From positions 2,090 to 56,007 of the forward strand of contig JBBDTK010000018.1 of the NCBI GenBank assembly GCA_040904405.1: a DNA stretch of 53,918 nucleotides. Direction: 5' to 3'. Under the pieces are notes generated by a model. The model made no database searches. It saw only the letters and a list, made by a program, of their open reading frames with translations, and had not been told where the DNA came from. Source of the DNA: Solirubrobacterales bacterium (GTDB lineage: Bacteria > Actinomycetota > Thermoleophilia > Solirubrobacterales > 70-9). Made by a program: the position numbers and the translations under genes. Shown here piece after piece: positions 48,967-53,918 of the stretch. Every line of letters begins with the position of its first letter. Within the stretch, counting starts at the first letter, position 1.

Positions 48967-49575
48967 TCAAGCCAACAGCGGCTCCATCGCGGCCGAAACG
49001 ACCGAGGCGATTCGCAGCTGGCGGGCCAGCGCCAGCAGCTCGCCCGGCTTGGCATCGTTGCCCTGCAGGTACCTGCGCAGCGCGCCCAGCGCCAGATCGC
49101 GGCCCACGCGAGAGCGGAGGCGCATGAGATCGATGACCGTCCGCTCCTTGGAGCTGATCGCGATCGTCTCAGCCGAATCGATCTTCTCCATTTCGCGCCC
49201 GAGCGAGAACGTCGTGGCTGCGAAGACATGGACTCGCGTCGGCGGGTAGGCGATCCTCGGGCGATGCTTCCCGCGAGCAATCGCCAGATGGACCGCGTCG
49301 GGAATCTCATCGCTCAGGTCCCAGAAGCTGGCGGCGGAGTTGAGGCAGATCATCCCCTCCGGCGCCCGGCGGCACACGGCCACCAGGTCGAGGTGCGCGG
49401 TCGCTGGAGCATCGGCGACGCGGAACACGCCGCGGGAGAGCTCGATCAGCTCCCCGCTGTCGCGCAGCCGGTACAGATCGTCCCAGCGGGCGCCGCTCTC
49501 GATCAGCTCCGTAGCCGAGGAGATCCCGCCTGCGCTGCGCGCGAGGTCGAGCACTTCACTCGGTCGCATGCCCAA
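48967..49575 (-). CDS. AbiEi-family antitoxin-like transcriptional regulator (orphan: no adjacent AbiEii)
   Basis: Sequence is …ELIESGARWDDLYRLRDSGELIELSRGVFRVADAP…MICLNSAASFWDLSDEIP…. Start is TTG 49575 or ATG 49569. The palindrome CATGTACATG lies upstream at 49597-49606. Confidence 0.75.
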   Translation of the reverse strand: MGMRPSEVLDLARSAGGISSATELIESGARWDDLYRLRDSGELIELSRGVFRVADAPATAHLDLVAVCRRAPEGMICLNSAASFWDLSDEIPDAVHLAIARGKHRPRIAYPPTRVHVFAATTFSLGREMEKIDSAETIAISSKERTVIDLMRLRSRVGRDLALGALRRYLQGNDAKPGELLALARQLRIASVVSAAMEPLLA

Positions 49576-49644
49576 AAAGTCTACACACTTAGGAGCTACA
49601 TGTACATGATTTCATCCACCGGAGACCTCGAAGTAGCGCTACGA

Positions 49645-49767
49645 CTACGACAACAGGGGAAGCGAGCGCACCCGGATGCGGGATGGCTCGATCACTGCGT
49701 CGTGACCGGCCTCCACCAGCCCCTCCGCAAGCCGCGGTGAGAGCGCGTCGTCGATGAGGAACTTCAC
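49645..49767 (-). pseudogene. Truncated DUF5615 (PIN-like) gene remnant, 40 codons
   Basis: GTG 49767 overlaps the DUF433 stop (GTGA). The sequence VKFLIDDALSPRLAEGLVEAGHDAV then diverges and stops at TAG 49645-49647. Full-length family members are roughly 110 aa. Confidence 0.5.
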
Positions 49768-49994
49768 CCGGAGGCGGCAAGCGGCAGCTCGCGCTCCCCC
49801 ACGGCCTCGGCTGCGAACCGCATCGCCTCACGCACGTCGTCTGCATCCAGATCCGGATAGGCCTCGACGATGTCGGTCTCGCCCATGCCGTCGGCGACCA
49901 TTCCGACCACGGTCGCGACGGGGATTCGCAGTCCCCGAAGACACGGGACTCCGCCCATCTGGTCAGGTCGCACAGTTATCCGCGTGAAGCTCAT
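49764..49994 (-). CDS. DUF433 domain protein (antitoxin-like)
   Basis: ATG 49994. Sequence is MSFTRITVRPDQMGGVPCLRGLRIPVATVVGMVADGMGETDIVEAYPDLDADDVREAMRFAAE. Confidence 0.8.
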   Translation of the reverse strand: MSFTRITVRPDQMGGVPCLRGLRIPVATVVGMVADGMGETDIVEAYPDLDADDVREAMRFAAEAVGERELPLAASG

Positions 49995-50149
49995 TCGCTC
50001 AGGGTACCGCGCAGGAGTCGGAACCCAGTAGGCCCGGACACCCTGGGCGGCGCCGTCCGCTACCCGATGCCCATATCCATCATCTGCCATCGCTCACGCT
50101 TGTAAATGTCGGCGCCATGGTCTCAGCGAACCTGAGAATACGGCCTTTC

Positions 50150-50168
50150 GTACCCTTACGTAGGGTAC
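50150..50168. promoter_or_regulatory. Hairpin/inverted repeat GTACCCT-tacgt-AGGGTAC in the AT-rich divergent spacer upstream of abiEi
   Basis: It lies 80 nt upstream of TTG 50248 and is a candidate AbiEi operator. Confidence 0.3.
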
Positions 50169-50247
50169 TGCGAATTAGCTCAATCTTGAGGTAGTTCGCA
50201 GGTTGATTTGCTTGGATTGCTGCGAAATAGGTTGAAACTGATATGTT

Positions 50248-50967
50248 TTGCATCTGCAAACCACGACCGCCAACAAGCTCGCCAGCATCGCTGAGGACCA
50301 GTGGGGGCTGCTCACCCGCCGCCAGGCAGAAGCGGCGGGGGTCTCGGCCGCTACCCTACAGCGGCTGAGCAGGCCCGGCGGCGTTCTCGAGCGCACGGCC
50401 CACGGCGTCTACCACCTGGCCGGAGCGCCGCTGCCCCCCCACCCAGGCCTGCGCTCGGCCTGGCTGGCCTTAGCGCCAGGAACCCTTGCCTGGGAACGAA
50501 AGCCCGCCCAAGGCACCGTCTCCCATCGCTCCGCCGCCGCGCTTTGGGGACTCGGCGACCTGGCTCCCGACCGACACGAATTCACCCTTCCTGAGCGCCG
50601 CCAGACCCGGCAGCGCGGCGTCCGCCTGCATCGCGGTCAGCTCGGCGCAGATGAAACCGCGATCCTTGGCGGCCTCCCTGTCACCTCGCCCGCTCGCACC
50701 GCCAGCGACCTGCTCGCGGACAAGGAGGGCCCCGAAGCCGTCGCCCGGATCATCACCGAGGCGCTGCGCGAGAAAAAGGAGTGGGTGGGCAACCTCCCCT
50801 CCGCGCTGGCGCCGCGGGCCGCGGGGGTCGGCTTTCGCCGCGACGACTGGCGGGCAGTGCTCGCCTGGCTGCTCGACCTGAGTGGCGACCCTGATCCCGA
50901 GCGCTGGCTCGAAGAGGCCGAAGCGAAGTCGACCGACATCACCCTGCCCAGCCTGGACGTTCCCTGA
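50248..50967 (+). CDS. abiEi: AbiEi-family antitoxin (type IV TA / abortive infection)
   Basis: TTG start. Sequence is …EDQWGLLTRRQAEAAGVSAATLQRLSRPGGVLERTAHGVYHLAG…VSHRSAAALWGLGDL…. An AbiEii gene follows directly. Confidence 0.8.
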   Translation: MHLQTTTANKLASIAEDQWGLLTRRQAEAAGVSAATLQRLSRPGGVLERTAHGVYHLAGAPLPPHPGLRSAWLALAPGTLAWERKPAQGTVSHRSAAALWGLGDLAPDRHEFTLPERRQTRQRGVRLHRGQLGADETAILGGLPVTSPARTASDLLADKEGPEAVARIITEALREKKEWVGNLPSALAPRAAGVGFRRDDWRAVLAWLLDLSGDPDPERWLEEAEAKSTDITLPSLDVP

Positions 50968-50971
50968 GCCG

Positions 50972-51862
50972 ATGGCGGCGCGAGGCTATGCCAGCCCTGC
51001 AGCGTTCCGGCGAGCGCTGACCGACAAGCTTGCCACGGTCGCGCGAACCGGTAAATGGTCGCTGCCCCAGTTGCAACGCCAGATCTCCTACGACCGTCTG
51101 CTGGAGCGCCTGTACGCGGTCGACGACGGCTGGGTCGTCAAGGGCGCCACGGCACTGCTCGCTCGTGACCTCGGCGTCCGCGCCTCGATCGATGTCGATG
51201 TCTTCCGAGCTGCAGCGCTCGAGGTCGCCGAGCGCGAGCTGCGCGAAGCCGCCGCGCTCGACCTCGGTGACTGGTTCGTCTTCGAGGTGGGCCCAGCGCA
51301 GCCGGCCAGCGACGGCGCAGCCGGGCTACGGGTGCCGAACCGCGCACTCATCGGCCCCACCGAGTGGGCGAGCTTCCACATCGACCTGGTCGGCAACGAG
51401 GTGATGATGACCGGGGTGCCGGAGCAGATGCCGGCGCTGGCGCGGGTGATGATGCCCGACGTCGAGCAGCGCGGCTACCGGGTCTACCCCTTGGTTGACC
51501 ACGTGGCCGACAAGATCGCCGCCACCTTCGCCCGCTACGGCAAGTCCCGCTCCCCCTCGACCCGCTACAAGGACCTGGTCGACCTGGTGGCGATCGCCAG
51601 CGCTGCCTCAGTTGAGGCCCAGGCCCAGATCGTCGCCCTGCACTCGGAGGCGAAGCGCCAATCGATCGAGCTGCCAATCGCCTTCGCGGTCCCAGACCTC
51701 AAAGCCTGGAAGCGAGGATATGAGGCAGAAGCAGCGCGCTCGCTACTGGAACTGGCCACCACGCTGGAGGAGGCACTGGGGCTGATGACGCGCTTCGCCG
51801 ATCCGCTACTGGACGGCAGCGCGCGCGGCACCTGGGATCCCAGCGCCGAAACCTGGCGCTGA
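50972..51862 (+). CDS. abiEii: AbiEii/AbiGii nucleotidyltransferase toxin (DUF1814)
   Basis: ATG 50972. Motifs are VVKGATALLAR, SIDVDVF (DxD) and TRYKDLVDLV. Confidence 0.85.
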   Translation: MAARGYASPAAFRRALTDKLATVARTGKWSLPQLQRQISYDRLLERLYAVDDGWVVKGATALLARDLGVRASIDVDVFRAAALEVAERELREAAALDLGDWFVFEVGPAQPASDGAAGLRVPNRALIGPTEWASFHIDLVGNEVMMTGVPEQMPALARVMMPDVEQRGYRVYPLVDHVADKIAATFARYGKSRSPSTRYKDLVDLVAIASAASVEAQAQIVALHSEAKRQSIELPIAFAVPDLKAWKRGYEAEAARSLLELATTLEEALGLMTRFADPLLDGSARGTWDPSAETWR

Positions 51863-51984
51863 ACTAACGACGCCCGTGCTGGGGTCGCGCCCCACCGGAG
51901 ATCCAGCGCGTCTGGGACACGGTGGCGCAAACCAGCGCTATCACTCAGGATCATTCAATACAACGGTGACAGGAAAAACGTCAA

Positions 51985-52057
51985 TGGCGAGGGTGGGAAT
52001 CGAACCCACGACACCACGATTTTCAGTCGTGTGCTCTACCAACTGAGCTACCTCGCC
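51985..52057 (-). tRNA. tRNA-Phe (anticodon GAA), CCA not encoded
   Basis: Minus strand reads GGCGAGG-TA-GCTC-AGTTGGTA-GAGC-A-CACGA-CTGAAAA-TCGTG-GTGTC-GTGGG-TTCGATT-CCCAC-CCTCGCC-A, a canonical 7/5 cloverleaf. Confidence 0.95.
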
Positions 52058-52094
52058 CCGGATGGCGGCGGAATCGCTGCCGACGGATGGAAGG

Positions 52095-52616
52095 CTAGAT
52101 GATTCCCGACAGCATTCGCTCAATCCTCTCGAGCTCGCTGGATGGCATTGGCAGATCTGCGCTGCGGCGCTGTAGCTCGTCCGGATCGACCAGCCCATGA
52201 CGCAGGGCTTCCCTGGCGAACTCCCAGTCGCGCTCACGACCCGCCGCACACTTGGACAGGACCAGATCGTGCGCCTCCAAACACCAGCCCGTCGCGCCCC
52301 CCGTGTTCTCGCTCCGGACAGGCACGAGCCGTCCCTCCCAGCCGGCGGGGGCCTTGGCGGTCTCGGGCCCAACCGCGTGAGCGTAATAGCCAAACGACGA
52401 ATCGAAGTAGGAGCCGTCGCCAAGGCTGCCCTCGATCTCGTCGGCTTGCTCGGGCCGATTCTTGGGATAGATGTCCGCCTCGCGGGAGGTGAGCATCTGC
52501 TCCGGCGCCTCGGGAAACTGCCCGAGGATCGCTTGGCTGCCCACGACGACCAACTCGTCATCGCCGGCCACCTCTGCGGCAGCCCGAATGATGTGTTCGA
52601 GCTCCACCCTGCGCAT
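52095..52616 (-). CDS. Minimal nucleotidyltransferase-like protein (DUF6036-like)
   Basis: Sequence is …DDELVVVGSQAILGQF…SREADIYP… (GS…D.D-like). The family assignment is from memory of similar proteins and has not been searched. Confidence 0.6.
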   Translation of the reverse strand: MRRVELEHIIRAAAEVAGDDELVVVGSQAILGQFPEAPEQMLTSREADIYPKNRPEQADEIEGSLGDGSYFDSSFGYYAHAVGPETAKAPAGWEGRLVPVRSENTGGATGWCLEAHDLVLSKCAAGRERDWEFAREALRHGLVDPDELQRRSADLPMPSSELERIERMLSGII

Positions 52617-52618
52617 TG

Positions 52619-53320
52619 CTATCGCACCGCCTCGATGATCCGGCGGCGCTCTTGCTCGTTGAGGACGCCGGCGAAGGGGGAGTTCTGGCGCAGGTCGCGG
52701 GCGTCCTGGTCGCCCGCCGTGATCGCCTCGGCGATCTGATCGACCGGCAGCGCCAGGACTTGGCGCCAGCGTTCCGCGTAACGAGGGTGCAGGTGACCCT
52801 CCTCGGCGAGGCGGTCGATTCGCTCGCGGGCCTCCGCCACCAAGCGGTCATCGAGACGCTTAGCCACCACCTCGTGGTACGCGAGAGCGCGGCGCTCGGC
52901 AGTCCGGTGATCGTCGGGGACGCGGCTGGCCGGCTCTCCACCACGCTGCTCGAACGAGAGGCGCTCCGCGCGCGTCCGGCGCTCGCGAAGGGCGGCGGCC
53001 AATGGATGTCGGGTAACTCCCTTGCGCTGCATCTGGTCGATCTGCTCCCGAAGCTCGATGATGAGCTGGCGGGGGACCTGGCGCCGTCCGTCGCGAGTCG
53101 TCACAGTCGGAACCTCTCCCACGCCGATCCAGCGGTCGAGAGCAGTTTGGCTGACGCCGAGCACCCGGCTTGCCCGTGATCGGGAGAGAGTCGGGCCCAC
53201 CTGGGATTCGAGGCCCCGTCGCACCGGCATGACATCGTCGGCGACGCCGGGAACGCACTCGGCGCGGCGCAGCCGGACGATGTCCTCGATCAGCCCTGTG
53301 GTCTGAGCCACGCTTGCCAT
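52619..53320 (-). CDS. HTH DNA-binding protein with C-terminal helical domain, partner of 52095-52616
   Basis: The HTH is SRASRVLGVSQTALDRWIGVGEVP. The C-terminus is …DARDLRQNSPFAGVLNEQERRRIIEAV. A 2-nt gap separates it from the downstream gene. Confidence 0.68.
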   Translation of the reverse strand: MASVAQTTGLIEDIVRLRRAECVPGVADDVMPVRRGLESQVGPTLSRSRASRVLGVSQTALDRWIGVGEVPTVTTRDGRRQVPRQLIIELREQIDQMQRKGVTRHPLAAALRERRTRAERLSFEQRGGEPASRVPDDHRTAERRALAYHEVVAKRLDDRLVAEARERIDRLAEEGHLHPRYAERWRQVLALPVDQIAEAITAGDQDARDLRQNSPFAGVLNEQERRRIIEAVR

Positions 53321-53367
53321 GACACAAAGATAGATGATGTTTAGGAAAAAGGGCTGATTTCCTCAAT

Positions 53368-53918
53368 ATGAAAGCGATTTTCCTGACAGTTGCGATCTTG
53401 GCGGCGGTGGTCTCCCTCTCGGGCGGGTCGGTCACCGATCCACCGCTGCCGCGGGGCTTTCCCGGGCCGGTCCCCGTGTTCATGCTGGAGGGGACGGAGC
53501 GCCTCGCCGGGTCGCGTAGCGCGATCCGGGCAGTCGACATGGCCGGCGGGCCCGGGTCGCGTGGCGCGATCCGGGCGGTTGGGGTGGAGGACGTGGCCGG
53601 CGGGCCGGGCGCGATCCGCCGGGGCGGCGCCGGCGGCTCCGCGCACCGCGAGCGGCGTTGGCTGGCCCGGGCACGGCCGCTCGGCGCCGGGGCGCCGGCC
53701 TGGGCGCGGCGCATGCACCGGCGGTCGCTGCTGGTGCTGCGGGCGCTGACCGACCCGCGCAGCGGCGCGTCGGTAGCCGGGGCGCGCGAGGGCTGGGCCT
53801 ACGTCTGGCCGCGCGACGCGGGCACGGCGGCGATCGCCTTCGCCGCCGCCGGCTACCGGCCCGAGGCGCGGCGGGTCGCTCGCTTCCTGCTCGGCCTCGC
53901 CCTCGACGCCGCCGCCCC
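53368..53918 (+). CDS. Secreted GH15 (glucoamylase/trehalase-like) family protein, 5' part (continues past window end)
   Basis: Absent from the ORF track because it runs off the edge. ATG 53368 gives MKAIFLTVAILAAVVSLSGG (signal or lipoprotein-like). Later comes …RSLLVLRALTDPRSGASVAGAREGWAYVWPRDAGTAAIAFAAAGY, a GH15-type W.Y.W.RD block. Confidence 0.65.
   Translation, partial: MKAIFLTVAILAAVVSLSGGSVTDPPLPRGFPGPVPVFMLEGTERLAGSRSAIRAVDMAGGPGSRGAIRAVGVEDVAGGPGAIRRGGAGGSAHRERRWLARARPLGAGAPAWARRMHRRSLLVLRALTDPRSGASVAGAREGWAYVWPRDAGTAAIAFAAAGYRPEARRVARFLLGLALDAAA
53509..53622 (+). repeat. Imperfect tandem repeat within the GH15-like N-terminal region
   Basis: The core GGGTCGCGT(A/G)GCGCGATCCGGGC(A/G)GT…GGCCGGCGGGCC occurs twice and is followed by a partial third GGGCGCGATCCGCCGGGG. 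It encodes GSR(S/G)AIRAV…AGGPG. Confidence 0.5.

Noticed and set aside
47803-52057. Search for attL/attR: a direct repeat of the tRNA-Phe 3' end marking an integrated element, and an integrase.
   Set aside because: No convincing copy of the tRNA 3' segment (…GTGGGTTCGATTCCCACCCTCGCCA) was seen elsewhere in the window by eye. No integrase- or recombinase-like ORF is present. A computational search is still needed.

Overview
High-GC (about 70%) actinobacterial-type chromosomal segment, gene-dense, with many 4-nt ATGA/GTGA start/stop overlaps. No rRNA, CRISPR array, transposase or integrase was recognised. Positions 1-609 hold the 5' part of an Lhr-like helicase. Positions ~0.6-32.4 kb are one large cell-envelope glycan locus. 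It contains a WbaP-type priming phosphoglycosyltransferase, a Wzy_C/O-antigen-ligase-like protein with TPRs, and a translationally coupled rmlA-D-B-C operon. It also has seven or so GT2/GT4 glycosyltransferases, two SAM methyltransferases, Wzt/Wzm ABC export, two SDR epimerase/dehydratase genes, two polyprenyl-phosphate-type GT2s and three large uncharacterised polytopic membrane proteins. A Fic-domain gene is embedded in the locus, and paralogous secreted clan GH-A hydrolases sit at both ends. Positions ~33-43 kb carry a Phd/VapC module and a minus-strand string: YhaM-like OB/HD nuclease, fused PafBC-like WYL regulator, MBL hydrolase, penicillin-acylase-family protein and DUF1906 protein. This string is punctuated by two copies of a 115-bp hairpin repeat. 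Positions ~43-47.8 kb are redox and small-enzyme genes, including a 1.7-kb lower-GC insertion flanked by 75-bp direct repeats. Positions ~47.8-53.3 kb are a toxin-antitoxin/abortive-infection cluster around tRNA-Phe. The window ends in a partial GH15-like gene. The most unusual items are a tRNASec/allo-tRNA-like gene (8/4 fold) with a valine anticodon at 6832-6920, and the structured 115-bp repeat pair with compensatory substitutions. All calls come from reading the sequence and translations by eye. No database search was run.
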